A stretch of DNA of 63,466 nucleotides, filler included, from Albugo candida (GCA_040437565.1; 40 parts of 40 records of this genome joined end to end with filler, not necessarily neighbours in it); one strand, 5' to 3'; shown: positions 23,758-37,162, numbered from the whole stretch's first letter. The notes: generated by a model not told the origin, from the sequence alone. A program made the numbers and translations.

Positions 23758-24395
23758 GTTAAAAAGAATCTTTATTTTTTTTTCTTTTGGTACCAGTCTT
23801 GATAATCGACTCATTTACTGCTACTTCAAGTAAGGTGTACCTGACGTACTACTGACGAATTTGTTCTGTCTTAGTCGGTCAGATGCACCAAACACGTACG
23901 CCAGAAAAGACGAATTCAGACCGGCTTGTATTGCTAAATGTTTGGTGTCATAAATACCATAAGGAAAGCTATCTGCAACTGCTTGTAAAAATCCTTTAAA
24001 CGTTTTAGGTAGAATATCCATAAAGCTATGGTAAATGTATACCAAATCATAAAGTCCATTGTGAACAATAAGTGGAATCTTACGAAAACGCAAGACGCTC
24101 ACCAAATGCCTCCAGAGGTTTTTGAGCCTATTGTCTTCCTTTGCTCCATTCTTTAGGGTGCTTTTTTTCAGGTCCGGAGTAAAGGGTATACCATCGACAA
24201 AAAGCTTGTCAAAGCTATACCCGTGTTGGACTAAAAATCTTTCCAAAGGTTTTCTATCCGCATTTTTGTCAAATTCATCAATAATAAGTTTTTGCTGCAA
24301 TCTATTAAATATTCTTTGAGGGGCACCGACATCTATCTTGAGACTAAAAGTAAAGGAGTCAGCAGATGAAAGTTTGAAGTTGTAAAAGGGAAAGA
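23758..24395 (-). pseudogene. Truncated CAF1-family (TOE1/PARN-like) DEDD ribonuclease
   Basis: FLVQHGYSFDKLFVDGIPF...PLIVHNGLYDLVYIYHSF...LP.TF..F...FPYGIYDTKHLA...SFLAYVF; frame open to the contig edge; stop at 23821 (a shifted frame adds EVAVNESIIKTGTKRKKNKDSF*); final HxAxxD motif absent. Confidence 0.75.
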
Positions 24396-26183
24396 NNNNN
24401 NNNNNNNNNNNNNNNNNNNNNNNNNNNNNNNNNNNNNNNTTAATTAATTAANNNNNNNNNNNNNNNNNNNNNNNNNNNNNNNNNNNNNNNNNNNNGCTTT
24501 TAGGGCGTCGATCTGTGCATTGGGAGGAAACCCAGACTTATACAAATCTAGCTCAGGACGGTGCTTACTTTGGCTATGACGACTACTCAGCCCCGATAGA
24601 ATTTTCTTTGAATGAATTACAAAACATGCATATCGCTATTATAAGTGTCGTGTGATTAGCAATATTTGTTGCCCCTTGTACAGTATGATCGATACGCATG
24701 TGCTGCATCCGAGCTTGTTGTTAAGAAGTGAACTGCTTCTGCAGCTATCGATAGCGAAACTTGGATATGCTCCATCTTCGAATTAGCCACTCGCGCGGAA
24801 TTAGTTCTATCTATACAGATGTACACAGAGTCTTGCGTGCACAACGTCAACTCGGTGATAACTGGTGTACTCTTAAACCTCACCATCTCGTGAGGCGTCA
24901 ATTAAATCAGAGCAAACCCTTTTCATGTGCATTTTCTGAAATCTGATGCTAGCGAATATGAATAGTGTTACCTAACGCACAGCAGGGTAGCCAGGCCCAA
25001 GTCTGTGGTACGCGCTTTAATGCACCGAGGTGTTTGCTACCACTCACATAGAAGCGTTTCGTTGTCAATAGGATTGTTTTATGTGACCAGAAGAGAGGAT
25101 GCACGATACTTATGACCACGATACGCGAACATATCGCTGGTACTCTCTGAGTCATGTTGGGCCTACACTTTTGCTAGAAACAGTTGATACACAAGAAAGA
25201 GAAGGGGTAGCTGTGGGAAAGGATAATTCTCAATCAATATGTCAACATATGGAAGAATATGAAAAGCCAAAGAGTACTACTGCTCCTTGCTTGCAATGAT
25301 GTCCTAAACCCGGAATTCAAATCAGTGGCCCATAACTCAGAAATTGGATCCAGTAATTTACAGCAAACACAAAGTGAGGGTATGATTACTTTACGTACAC
25401 ATGGTACGTTTTTGTCTAGAATTTACTGACCTTATCATTCGCAAAGAATGATATACATATAGTTCCCAGATCGTATATACTTGTCGTACGCAAATATCCA
25501 GTCGCCCAGGAGCGACATCTACCTTCTCAAAATACTACTTCACCTGAAAAATATCTCAATTTACAGGTAGTGCGGCGCGTCGATCGTCGCTTTGTGCTCG
25601 AGCAAGGTCATATTCCTGGAGAGGCTGTGAGTTTAATTCTTCGCACTTGATCGAAACGAGTAAGGGATAAATGGGATGCATAATCAAGCATACGTGACTG
25701 TACTAGTCATATATGCATCATAATGGAAGAGCAAGAAACGTTTATGCAGTCCGGTCTCATGATCTCACGACAGAACTACTGGTATAATTCGTCAACTTCA
25801 AGATCATGTATCTAGATAGACAATTTTAGTTTATGTTCAGTTGAACAGCAAATGATAATCTTTATTCTGAGTTCTATAAGATCTCACATATAGGGTGGTC
25901 TCAGAATCTCTAGTATTGCGCCTCTGGATAAGATTCCTTACTTTCATTTGAAGTTCCCTACTAGTTGTTCAGAAATCATGTGATTTGATATGTGCATGTA
26001 GGTTGGTAGNNNNNNNNNNNNNNNNNNNNNNNNNNNNNNNNNNNNNNNNNNNNTTAATTAATTAANNNNNNNNNNNNNNNNNNNNNNNNNNNNNNNNNNN
26101 NNNNNNNNNCCTGTAAATTTGGATAATACGAACTCTAGATAATGTGGTACACTTTGTGCACGGCATGTGAGTGCAAAAAGAAA

Positions 26184-27572
26184 TTATTCTAATGCTGCTT
26201 TCTCTCTATCCCGCGAACGCGGGCGTATGACTGCTTGCATTCCTAGAAACGGCTGTAGAACGCTTGGAATCTGTACCGAACCATCGTCTTGCTGATAGCT
26301 CTCTAATAAAGCAATCAACAACCTCGGAACAGCGCAACCAGTACCATTCAAAGTATGCACAAAAGTTGCCGAGTCTTTCTTGAACGCTTTGTGCCGAATA
26401 TTCAATCGCCTCGCCTGATAATCTGTACAATACGATAAACTAGAAATCTCTCCGTACTCTTGTCGTCCGGGCATCCATGCCAAAATATCCAATTTTCGGT
26501 GAGCAGGAGCTCCCAATTCTTCTGTGGCCATTTCGACCACATTGAAATGCAATCCGAGTTCTTGATACATCTCACACTGAATCGTCAGCATTTCCTCAAA
26601 GAATTGCTCACTTTGAGTCACATTGGCACAAAATGCAAACATCTCCACTTTACTGAATTGATGTATGCGATACATTCCTCGAGTCGGTCGGCCTCCATGT
26701 CCGATTTCAGTCCGGAAACAGTGGCTGAAGGCGGCGTACTTGAGTGGTAGATCGTTTGTTGAAAGAATCTCATTACTCTTCATGCTCGCCAATGTGATTT
26801 CAGATGTGGCTGTCAGACATAGATCTGATTCGGCGATTGAGTAGATCTGAGTAGCTTCTCCTCGAGGTTGGAAGCCGCAACTTTCAATTAGTGTACCACG
26901 TGCCAAATCAGGGGGGAAAACGATTTCGAATCCACGATCTTGCAGTTTTCGCAAAGTGTATTGTATTAACGCTAATTCCATCATGGCTGCTTCATTACGA
27001 AGGTATATAAATTTTGATCCAGCGACTTTAGCTCCACTCAAAGTGTCAATCAAGTCCAGGTCGTGCATAAGATCGGAATGATCTCTCAAGGGAAAGTCAA
27101 ATTTGGGTTTCTCACCATAGGAAGCGATCAGTTTTGAGGCATTATCAGATCCAATTGGCGTGTGTGGATGCGTATCATTTGGGAGCTTCATGGCTTCCAT
27201 CTCCAATTCACTGGTTATTTGCTCAAGCTCATTTTCTTTGGAAGTAATCGTTTCTTTCAGCTGCCTACCATTTCGTTGCATATCTTTCAATAAATCGTCC
27301 ATTGTGTCCAATTCTTGCGATTTTCTTGCTCCGATCTGCTGAACAGAAATATTCCGCCTTGCTCGTAGGTGATTTAGCTCTGTTTCCAAGGTTCTTCGAT
27401 GCTGATATAACACCGCTACCCGCTCGGGATTTGCATCGCATTTTCTATTTCGTACGTTTCGAACCCATTCATCTAGATTTTCCGTCACTTTCTTGTAGTC
27501 AAGGCGAGGTTTGACGGTAGAATACGTAACTTGACGATACAAGCTTTGAATCCTTTGGCCGTGAAGGCGCAT
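26184..27572 (-). CDS. SARS2: Seryl-tRNA synthetase, organellar (mitochondrial) type, complete and intronless
   Basis: Coiled-coil arm, LPNDTHP, motif 2 SHCFRTEIG...RGMYRIHQFSKVEMF, EISSLSYCTDYQARRLNIR, motif 3 HTLNGTGCAVPR; basic N-terminus resembles a presequence. Confidence 0.95.
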   Translation of the reverse strand: MRLHGQRIQSLYRQVTYSTVKPRLDYKKVTENLDEWVRNVRNRKCDANPERVAVLYQHRRTLETELNHLRARRNISVQQIGARKSQELDTMDDLLKDMQRNGRQLKETITSKENELEQITSELEMEAMKLPNDTHPHTPIGSDNASKLIASYGEKPKFDFPLRDHSDLMHDLDLIDTLSGAKVAGSKFIYLRNEAAMMELALIQYTLRKLQDRGFEIVFPPDLARGTLIESCGFQPRGEATQIYSIAESDLCLTATSEITLASMKSNEILSTNDLPLKYAAFSHCFRTEIGHGGRPTRGMYRIHQFSKVEMFAFCANVTQSEQFFEEMLTIQCEMYQELGLHFNVVEMATEELGAPAHRKLDILAWMPGRQEYGEISSLSYCTDYQARRLNIRHKAFKKDSATFVHTLNGTGCAVPRLLIALLESYQQDDGSVQIPSVLQPFLGMQAVIRPRSRDREKAALE

Positions 27573-28185
27573 GTTGATTACCGTTGTTAACCTGTTAAGT
27601 AATACANNNNNNNNNNNNNNNNNNNNNNNNNNNNNNNNNNNNNNNNNNNNTTAATTAATTAANNNNNNNNNNNNNNNNNNNNNNNNNNNNNNNNNNNNNN
27701 NNNNNNGAGTAATTATATAAATCAGTAAAAAAAGACTAAGAAGTAATGAGTAACAACTAAGCTTTATTAAGTGATATGTTCTATAAAAACAAGAGAGGGA
27801 TCTCTTGTTTGCAAATAAAATCTATGTTAATAAAAGAAGTTACCAGGTGCAAGCCACTTGGTATTTGTAGCCAATAGAGCGCTTTACAATATATAGGAAT
27901 GTATATTACTGGCTGTAATATATATTTCTCTATGGAAAAGTTTTTCATTTGTTAATTAATTGAATATGCGACAGCTTTTATGTTTATGGTAATATAGGTA
28001 ATACTACATACGAGGATAATGTACAGAATATACAACATCAATTTTTTACGTATTTATTTTTAAATATTGATCAAAAAGTTATGAATACGACTGCTAAAAT
28101 ACTATAAATATTTATTTTTTTGTATCGATTAACTATAAAGTAAGAGAGCTATGTACATTGAGGTTTTTTTACTTGTAAAGGCTTT

Positions 28186-29178
28186 TTATGTTGCTTGTTT
28201 TGGTAAACTCTTAACACTTTTACCTAATCCAACGGCTGAAAGAGGAGGCGAAAGAGGAGGACTAGTGAGCTTACCAACAAAGCGACGACGAGAGGGCAAT
28301 TCAGGAATTTTGAACCCTGAAAAAGCTTTTGGTGCTGGAAGAGGAGAAGGAGTATCTTCATTTGATTTTTCGATAGCAGTAGGTAAAGGAGGAGCAAATT
28401 TGCTTACTTGACGACGATGAGAAGGTATTTCGGGTACTTTGAAGTTTGAAGAGGGCTTTTGAGGTATTAAGGAAGGAGGAGGAGTAGCTACGATTTGCTT
28501 GGTAATAGTAGTAGATAAAGAAGAACGATCAGTAAAACTAGCAATAGGAGCAGCATCGATCATTTCAATGTCATCATTAGCACTGTCAACACCAGTTTCA
28601 TCCATTATAACATCAACAATTTCATTTTCTTGATCATTATTAACAGCAGAATAAAAACAACCAAAGTCACCAGACACATCTAAATAGGTATCACTATTAA
28701 GGGGATATTCAATATTAGTGTTTGTTCCAACATCAAATTTAGTAACAGGATCAGTGTTAATAGCAGTATTAACAAGAACATTTTTACTAGCATTTGATGC
28801 ATTAGACATTTCGTTAATCTTCTTTTGAAGGGATGAAACTTCAAGATCGTAAGATCTACATTTGTTTTGCAAAGAACTGATATCTTTAGATTTGAGTGCC
28901 AGTTCAGAGTCAGAAGCAGAGAGAGCAGCTGAGAGAGCGGAACATTTTTTCTCCGAAAACGAAAGTGCTTGTTTGCAAGCAGCGAGTTCAGAAACAACAG
29001 CTTCAAGCTTGATAGTAACGGCAGCAGACTTGTAATTTTTAACAACCTGTGAGAGATCAGCGACTTCTTTTTTTGACTCTCTTAACTGGACCTTTAAGTA
29101 ATAAAGAGCATGTCCAGGCTCGACAATGACTCTTTTAGGAGTATCAGCTATAACTTTATTTAGTAATCTCGTACTCAT
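28186..29178 (-). CDS. Hypothetical coiled-coil protein with a Pro/Ser-rich tail
   Basis: 330-aa ORF in AT-rich DNA; heptad-rich N-half; duplicated FK(V/I)PE(I/L)PS.RR motif. Confidence 0.6.
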   Translation of the reverse strand: MSTRLLNKVIADTPKRVIVEPGHALYYLKVQLRESKKEVADLSQVVKNYKSAAVTIKLEAVVSELAACKQALSFSEKKCSALSAALSASDSELALKSKDISSLQNKCRSYDLEVSSLQKKINEMSNASNASKNVLVNTAINTDPVTKFDVGTNTNIEYPLNSDTYLDVSGDFGCFYSAVNNDQENEIVDVIMDETGVDSANDDIEMIDAAPIASFTDRSSLSTTITKQIVATPPPSLIPQKPSSNFKVPEIPSHRRQVSKFAPPLPTAIEKSNEDTPSPLPAPKAFSGFKIPELPSRRRFVGKLTSPPLSPPLSAVGLGKSVKSLPKQAT

Positions 29179-29303
29179 TTCTTACCAAAAGGCGTGATTT
29201 ACTNNNNNNNNNNNNNNNNNNNNNNNNNNNNNNNNNNNNNNNNNNNNTTAATTAATTAANNNNNNNNNNNNNNNNNNNNNNNNNNNNNNNNNNNNNNNNN
29301 NNN

Positions 29304-29372
29304 GTATCAATAATATTGTAATGTATCAATAATATTGTAATGTATCAATAATATTGTAATGTATCAATATTA
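29304..29372. repeat. 19-bp tandem repeat GTATCAATAATATTGTAAT, 3+ copies, cut by the contig edge
   Basis: Read directly. Confidence 0.9.
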
Positions 29373-32300
29373 TTTAAGCAAATTTATAAAATGTTGTTGA
29401 TTTTTCCTGCAGCAGCAGTATTGATAATGTCAATGTAATTGATGACTGATTACTAGTTATAAATATTTAATTGCAAAAGTTGCTGATGTTTTGCTTTCAC
29501 CTTGCTCTTAGCCTACTAAGCTTAATTGTGTCCGATATGAGAGAGCCAGCTAGTGTCTTCAACGTTGACACTAGGACGAATTAAAAGTTCCTCTGACGCG
29601 TCTACAATTATTGTCTTGAAATTATACTTTATGGCTGCTGGATGGCCGTCATCGGGACAGTAGCTTTCTACGTTGATTATAAATTACCTAATGAAAGCAG
29701 GTCCTTTTCTACCTCTCCCCACTTTTCCTTCAATCATTCTAATATTAATATAGACAACAAAAAATATATTCTTTACGTGATAAATTATAAATAATGGAAA
29801 CAGCATATACGGTTACAATAAGAATATATTTTTAGCTGTGTAGCTATATGTTTTACAGATTCAGTGTTGTTCGTTAATAAATACAACAATGATTTGTTTC
29901 ACCACAAAGTAAGAAAATTACGGTTATACATGTTACGTTGTGTAATATGATAAACTATTTTTTTTTTACTCATCATGATTTTTCTTCTACTATGATAGTG
30001 ATGAATTGTTGCTTTTGCTCTTACTTTTATCAAATTTTATATCAATGATATTGAAGCTATTATTTTATAACGAGGAGCAGCTTAAACTTTTCTATGTCTT
30101 TACTGGCGCAATAATAGATTCAGTCTTTTAGCCAAGTATGTAGTAGTACTCGTACATTTCATACATTCATTGTCTGATCATAAAAACTGAAGTAGATTGT
30201 ACTGCTATAAGTGAAAAAAGAAAAAGTATAGCTGTCTATCATAATATCAAGAAAGAGCATGTGCATAAATTTGAACGATATGTTGACTAGTTATTGTAAG
30301 GCTATCCCACCCATTTTTTATTTTATTAGATTGAACTTACGTAACCTGCATCAAAGGTTAAGTCCGTTTTTTAAATTGACGGATTAGACTATAAAGTCCG
30401 GAATACGTTGATCGTAAGTCCTAATTCCGAATTTGGCTTCGGTAATAAAGGGAGCTCCTGTACATAGTTCATACTTGGTAACTATAATTTTAGTAAAAAT
30501 AATAGTAGCATCCTGGTTTAAAGATCTACTACATAACATCACTTCTCCGTTGTATTTGATCATCTTGAGCATAAATATTTGTTGGTGTGAATTCTACACC
30601 TCTTGAGGATTAATGCATTTGAAAATCTAATAAAAGATATGTTGCTTTTATTTACAAAAGTTACAGTTCTTGTCTTCAAGTGGTCAGGCATGATTGTAGC
30701 ATCTTGTTGTCTTCTATGATGTGATACAAGGCCAAAATCCACATCTTTACCTACTTTTGTCAAGTATTTTGTTAAATAGTGCAATGTTAATTCTCCAGNN
30801 NNNNNNNNNNNNNNNNNNNNNNNNNNNNNNNNNNNNNNNNNNTTAATTAATTAANNNNNNNNNNNNNNNNNNNNNNNNNNNNNNNNNNNNNNNNNNNNGA
30901 ATCGGAGTGGTAGCTAGCACACATTGCCCAGTCCCACGGATTCAAAAATAAAGGAACAAGAAGACGGCTTATTGGAAATAGTCGGTGGAGAAAAGAAAGG
31001 GAAAGGCTCGAAATATTTCAAAACGCGTGGCATTATCCACAGCGCGGGCAATATTAATGGTGTCGATTGCTGTCATGACGCACCACACGCTCCGATAAAC
31101 CTCAAAGATCCTCATGCAGACAGAATTGATAACTATCCTCCAAATTGTCGCTCAAGTGACAGGATAAAAACTAAAAGTACGCCAAGATGCGTAACAAAAC
31201 ATGAATCTTCTTAGGAAAACGAACTTTCGCAACGCTGATGAGAAGAGTTGTTTCTATTTCATCTAAGCAAACTTTGTAGGATTCGAATGCAGAAGCGTTG
31301 GTGCGGGGATCCAAGCTCTCATAGGCTATGTGAAGAACAACGTGTCCAAAAAATTGGCTGTACCAAGCTCAATGACGTGTATTGTGGACGAAGGTTCGTT
31401 AAGTCGACCTTGATGCTGGAGCCACAAAAGAAGTCATTCAACCTTTCATCGAAAGTACAAAGCACAAACACCGAAGTTCTAATACACTGCTGGTTGATTC
31501 TTCTCGATGTATTACAGCTATTCAAAGATTCATGCGTCACTACGTCTCCAGGAAACAGCAGCGAGCAATGTTTTACCTATTTATCGGGTTGACGGGCCCG
31601 GTCGCGCATCAACTTATCGTATAACAAAGCAGTCACCCCGATTTAAGTAACAGCTCGAAGTATCATTGTCTTAGGAATGTAAGACTTCTAAAGAATCGTT
31701 GAATCGAGCAAATCCACCGTCATTATTGCGTATCAGTCGCAATATCGCCGTGCTCGTCGTGCATTCCAGGGGCTACAACATGATTGGAAAAATGCTGGTG
31801 GACTACAGCGATTCATTTATGAGAAAGCGGAGCGCAAGAACCGAATCTTAGAGACTCTACTGATATTCCACCGACTTTCCAATTACACGAAAATGATGGT
31901 TTTGTTTCCGAGCAGAAAATGCCGGCGAATAGAGTATATAGTCTCCGAAAGTACGCCAATTTGTACACGATCGCTTACAACGGTCACCATCTCTTTTGCC
32001 TTTGAGCCATCCAGTATTGTTAGTGTGTTGCATGCGATGGAGAGGAATGAGGCAATAAACGGAACAAAGAGAAATGGATTCGAGATGCATGTCCTGCAAT
32101 TTTCAAACTCCATTCAGATCAGACAATGTGTTGTATTGTACCGCAAGTGTTCCGAACAAAGCCGTCCAAATCGAAGTTGCGAGTATGAAGAGATATGTAT
32201 TCGACGCGGTACTTTTAACGTCACTTTTTAGCAATTCTGAAAAACGTTTGCTAATTATGTCGATATTCAGCGAGTAAGGAAGGTGTTTGAGACGAGCATT

Positions 32301-32492
32301 GAATTGCTCATACGCTATAATTCCATAATTGTTGTCGTGCGTCGCATGTTGAAGAATGTAACGATACTACGGCAAGCTTCCAGAATTACGACNNNNNNNN
32401 NNNNNNNNNNNNNNNNNNNNNNNNNNNNNNNNNNNNTTAATTAATTAANNNNNNNNNNNNNNNNNNNNNNNNNNNNNNNNNNNNNNNNNNNN

Positions 32493-32759
32493 AACAAGTA
32501 TCACACACACCAAAAAAGAAACACTCGAGCTGATGACTCAAGCAACGATTAAAGAAAAACCAAAAAAGGTACACTATAAAATAGATTAATTCATTAGAGG
32601 ACCATTTCAACTTTCAACGTTAACCAAAACCATAACTGCACTCACCTAAGCTTCACTCTAACAATGGACAATAGAAACAAGTATCACACACGCCAAAAAA
32701 GAAACACTCGAGCTGATGACTCAAGCAACGATTAAAGAAAAATCAAAAAAAGGTACACT
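32493..32759. repeat. Direct repeat of about 84 nt, period 183 nt (probably a truncated tandem array)
   Basis: AACAAGTATCACACAC...GGTACACT starts at 32493 and 32676, nearly identical. Confidence 0.9.
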
Positions 32760-34086
32760 GTTAAGCTTGTAAACATAATTTCAAAGGAAAGAAATAGTTC
32801 AGAAACTAGACTTCGACCCTGACAATAAAAAGATCATATTATTAAATTAGTTACTAAAATATATCGTAAAAATAGAATAGATGTTTACTTGATCCTAAAG
32901 AAAAAGATGGAAGCTATGAAGAGTCAGTCAATTTTTAAAAGGAAGTTAAAATGAAGAGTAATGTCTTACAATCGGCGGCCATATCCAAAAAGAAAGACAT
33001 CTGACAACCTAGTAACTGGAGGGAATAAGTTTTGCTCTCGTATTGTTGTTTATTTTGAATAAGAAGAAAGAGCGAAAGGTAAAAAAGAAAAAAAGGAGCA
33101 TTTTTAAACTGTAAAATATGCGTGACTCCTTCTTTCATTTTTTCAACTAGGAAATATATTTTTTTTAGCGAGGGATTGATTCTTATCTCTTTCTTCTTGC
33201 TTAAACTGCAATTTACTTTTTCATAAATAAAACTATTTATAAAAACATGTTTAACACTTGACTGTCTGGGCACTTATTATTGACGCGCTTGCATGCTAAT
33301 GGTAGTAGCAGATTAACTTTACCAAAGGCTTGAAAATCGTAAGTAATATTTTATTATTATTGACATCGCTCGCTTTTAGTGACTAACAAGTTTACTTTGT
33401 AGATGCGTTAGCGTCAACATGTACGGCAACCAAAATGGTAAACTGAAAAGAACGTCAAAATACAACACTCTCATTACATTATAATAAAACGAGACATTCA
33501 AAAACTCTTTCACGTCTATCAACCAGTTGGAGATAAAACAAAGGGCAACGCGATATTTTGTTATTCTGGAATACTCATTGGATAGTTGAACTGTAATTTA
33601 TGAGTCTAAATTAGTTGATGAAAACGCGTATAATAACTTGGATACATGTGCACGGAGTATTGATATAAATTATTCGTTTTCATGATCAGTTCAAATTGAT
33701 ACAATTTAGAAAGACAAAGAAGAAGAGTATACTGAATATTAACATGTTATTGAAGATATAAAAAGAAACATATTAAAAACTCGAGTTTGGAAACTATTAT
33801 TTATGCATATTGTTATATAAAAGAAATAAAATACACAACTTATAAAGTGAAATGATGGTGGTTTAAAGTGTAAAATAAGGGGACTTGGTCGTGAAGTATG
33901 TTCAGGCACAAAGATTTACATAAGAACGATGTTTAACACTTGCATTGCTGTAGTTTTAGTCTGTTAAAAGATTATCTAAAGTACTGNNNNNNNNNNNNNN
34001 NNNNNNNNNNNNNNNNNNNNNNNNNNNNNNTTAATTAATTAANNNNNNNNNNNNNNNNNNNNNNNNNNNNNNNNNNNNNNNNNNNN

Positions 34087-35386
34087 CGGGAAGTTTGATC
34101 ATGTTCTTGGTTTATGGGAAGAAAAAGTGGTTGCAATGTCTGTACCAATTACAGACAAATATTTGAACAGACTTGCAACCACAGCTATGGAAACAAGACC
34201 CAACTCAGATGAAGTATATGAAACATATATTTATAATGCATCCAAGCTCATTGCTATTGAAGAAATGGAGAAAGACAAAGACTTGTAAGTATTATAAGAT
34301 ACCCGTAACGTTATGAGTCAATTTAACTTAGTGCTATGTTAGCCCTGCAAAAAACAGAATCAGCAACAGAAGAAGAAACAGCATACTAGTAGAAGTACTG
34401 TTTTATGAGAATGAAGTAGCTGATCAAAGACAGCCAATGAATAGACCTAGTAGTAGAGACGATCGTAGAATAGTTGAACGAAAGATCAATGTAGATATGG
34501 AAATTGCTAACATGTACCAAATACTATTCTACGATCACATTACCATGATCTTAATGAAAGAGATCATGTTGAACAAAAGGGGCAAGAAAGGTAAGTTTTT
34601 AAACTATATATAAGGTAAACATTGCTGTAACATTTGAGATATTTACTTTTAAAAATAGGGGGAGCAAGAGCTGCGAGAATAATAAAATCGTCAGCCAGTT
34701 TGAAAACAACTGCTGCTTTAATTAAAAATGTTTTAGAGAAGCATGTGGCAGCTTCTGATTTTAGTAAGTTCAAATTAGATGAAAAGACATGCAGTAATGA
34801 ACTAACTGAGGTATTATTTGAATTTAGCTGAAGAAGTAAAGCTAAGCTTTTACGTGTCTCGTGTTTCGAGAAGCGTCCAAAAACTTAGAGAGTTTAACGA
34901 AAAACAAAAAGTTAACCTTTCTAAAGATTTTTTGGACCTTCATGAGTTAATGAGAGCACGTGAAGAAATTGTTTTTCTGGAGGTAACACATGCACCTTTA
35001 TTAGTATATTGATCTCCGTAATCTAAACTTTATTTATTTAGGCTGAGGCTTCCAGATTTTTGGGTAACCTAAAATTAGAAGCCGACCCTATAAAACAAGC
35101 TGTTGAAACATTAACAGGACAAGATGAACTGACAAGAATTGAAGCAGGAAAATTGAATGTCCTTAAGGGCATTCAATTTTTTAATACATATTTAAGCCAA
35201 GTAGCAGAAGATAGTCTTTTAGCTGATGAAGATGATTCGATGGAAGAAGTAGAGGTAGAAAACGTAGAAGAAGATGACGAAGTAGATGATGATGAAAGTG
35301 AAGAAGAGAAAGAAGAAGATGATGATGACGACGAAGATATAGATATTACTGATTTGATTGAAGGTGTTGTTGAAGAAGAAGAGTAG
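34087..35386 (+). CDS. Multi-exon hypothetical protein with a very acidic C-terminus, 5' partial, possible frameshift near 34815
   Basis: Open exons joined by introns (donors near 34285, 34591 and 34984); Asp/Glu-rich end. Confidence 0.5.
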
Positions 35387-35675
35387 TTTTTTTTTTATTA
35401 TTATATATTAACAAACAAATAAAAAAAGTTTAAAATTATTTCCTAAAAAGGCAACCCTAACCCTAATGCAAACATGTCAAAATTACAATATCAAGTGGTT
35501 ATACTTGGTTATTATGTTCTGATATTTCTTTTTATTTTATTTTAATAATGTAATTATTATATACAACATTTATGTNNNNNNNNNNNNNNNNNNNNNNNNN
35601 NNNNNNNNNNNNNNNNNNNTTAATTAATTAANNNNNNNNNNNNNNNNNNNNNNNNNNNNNNNNNNNNNNNNNNNN

Positions 35676-37162
35676 CACATGAAGCTAGATTATAACTGCC
35701 CCCCCTAGTGACAGACATCACTCTGTAAGGTCCTTCATACTTACGGATGGATTTCGCATCACGAACTGGTACTTCAACCATCACTGTACTTCCAATAGGG
35801 TAGGGTTCAAAAATTATTCTTTTCTTTTTCATAAAGTATGCGTGATCTTTGAGTTGTCTTTCCTCAATTTTCTGTCGTAACGCAGGAATTATCATATCTT
35901 GTACTTCGCGTATTTTAGCTTCTATTAAAGCTGGATTGATATCCTTCGACGAAAATGGTTCAACTCTATTAATATCACCAAACATATTAGGTGCGCGAAA
36001 AAATTGTGCAGTAAATGGTCTAGTATTATGCAATCGGCTATATTTCATGTTAAGTGCAATCATAGCTGCATTTAAGTATTTATCCCATTGGTCGTCTGCA
36101 CCATAAAATCTTTTCATTAAGAATAATTTTGTTTGCTTTACATATGCCTCCGCAATTCCGTTTCCAGTGGGTTGATATGGGTTTGAAAGACGATGGTCGA
36201 TACGTAAATGTTCAAAAATTTGCGTAATCGCTTTATTATGCATATCATTGTCACTGCAAATAGCACGGGGAATCCCTAGGATTGCCATAACATCCACCAA
36301 TTCTTGGGCAATTGTAGCTGCTTCCTTATTAGGAATAGCTCGTAATACAGTATATCGTGAAAATAAATCTACGATAATTAAAATGAAGTTGTTACCAGAG
36401 GAGGAAGTGACATGAAAGTCACCTAAATCCATACTCCATATTTGCCCTGGTCCTTGTGGATTTTCACTACGAGGAGGGTGATACCCAGCTCGAGTCACCT
36501 TATTAAAATTTTGACACTCTTTACAGTGAACCAAAATGGCAGAAATGTCATTCCTCATATTGGGCCATGATACATTATCCATACGCATTTGCTTTTCAAC
36601 TTGGTTGATCCCATAATGGCCTAAAACGTGATACTTCAAGATAAGTTCTTCCTTTTCATTTTTATTTAACTCTTTTTCTTGAGATTCAGGTTCTCCTATT
36701 TTAGCCATGCGAAATAATAAATTGATATCAGGATCTGCACTGTCAATCTTATCTTTTCCTTTAACTCCATTTTTCCCACCGTTACTTTTGTGTAACTCGG
36801 CGCTCTTTCCACCCTTTTTATCTTCCAAATAAAATTTATTTTTGGGGTTCTTTTTCTCCTTTCTACTTCTTTTTTGTCTTTTACTCAAACGTTCCTCCGA
36901 AACGAGGTCGATAAATTCATTATCCCATCTCTCGTCATCCTCCTCAGTATCGTCGTAAATATCGAACAATCTGGAAATTCTATCGGGCAGAATATGATAA
37001 ATACCAGCAGTATGCGTAATATCATAATCCAAAGAGAATATACTCTCGTAATACGCTAACATTAAATTATTAGGTGTTTGTTGAGTATGTAAATACAACA
37101 GACAACGATGATCAGTTATTAAATGGAATTTTCTATGTAATAACCAATGTCTGAATTTCGAG
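35676..37162 (-). mobile_element. Ty3/Gypsy pol fragment: RNase H C-terminus + integrase
   Basis: FHLITDHRCL...PDRISR; HVLGHYG...CKECQ; WSMDL; VDLFSRY; SDND; NGIAEAYV; YEGPYRV (GPY/F). Confidence 0.93.

Noticed and set aside
25400..25800. Possible piggyBac remnant on the minus strand (LTNY...SLPRFDQVRR...FEKVD)
   Set aside because: Only scattered motif echoes across stops and frameshifts; needs a TBLASTN/HMM hit.
30300..32392. Fragmentary ORFs on contigs 29304..30798 and 30899..32392
   Set aside because: Interrupted and unrecognisable; no product can be supported.
32524..32560. CTGATGA as a hammerhead core or C/D box in the 183-nt-period repeat
   Set aside because: No stem II closing onto GAAA and no paired C/D box arrangement.
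35454..35467. Telomere-like AACCCTAACCCTAA
   Set aside because: Only two units, internal to the contig.
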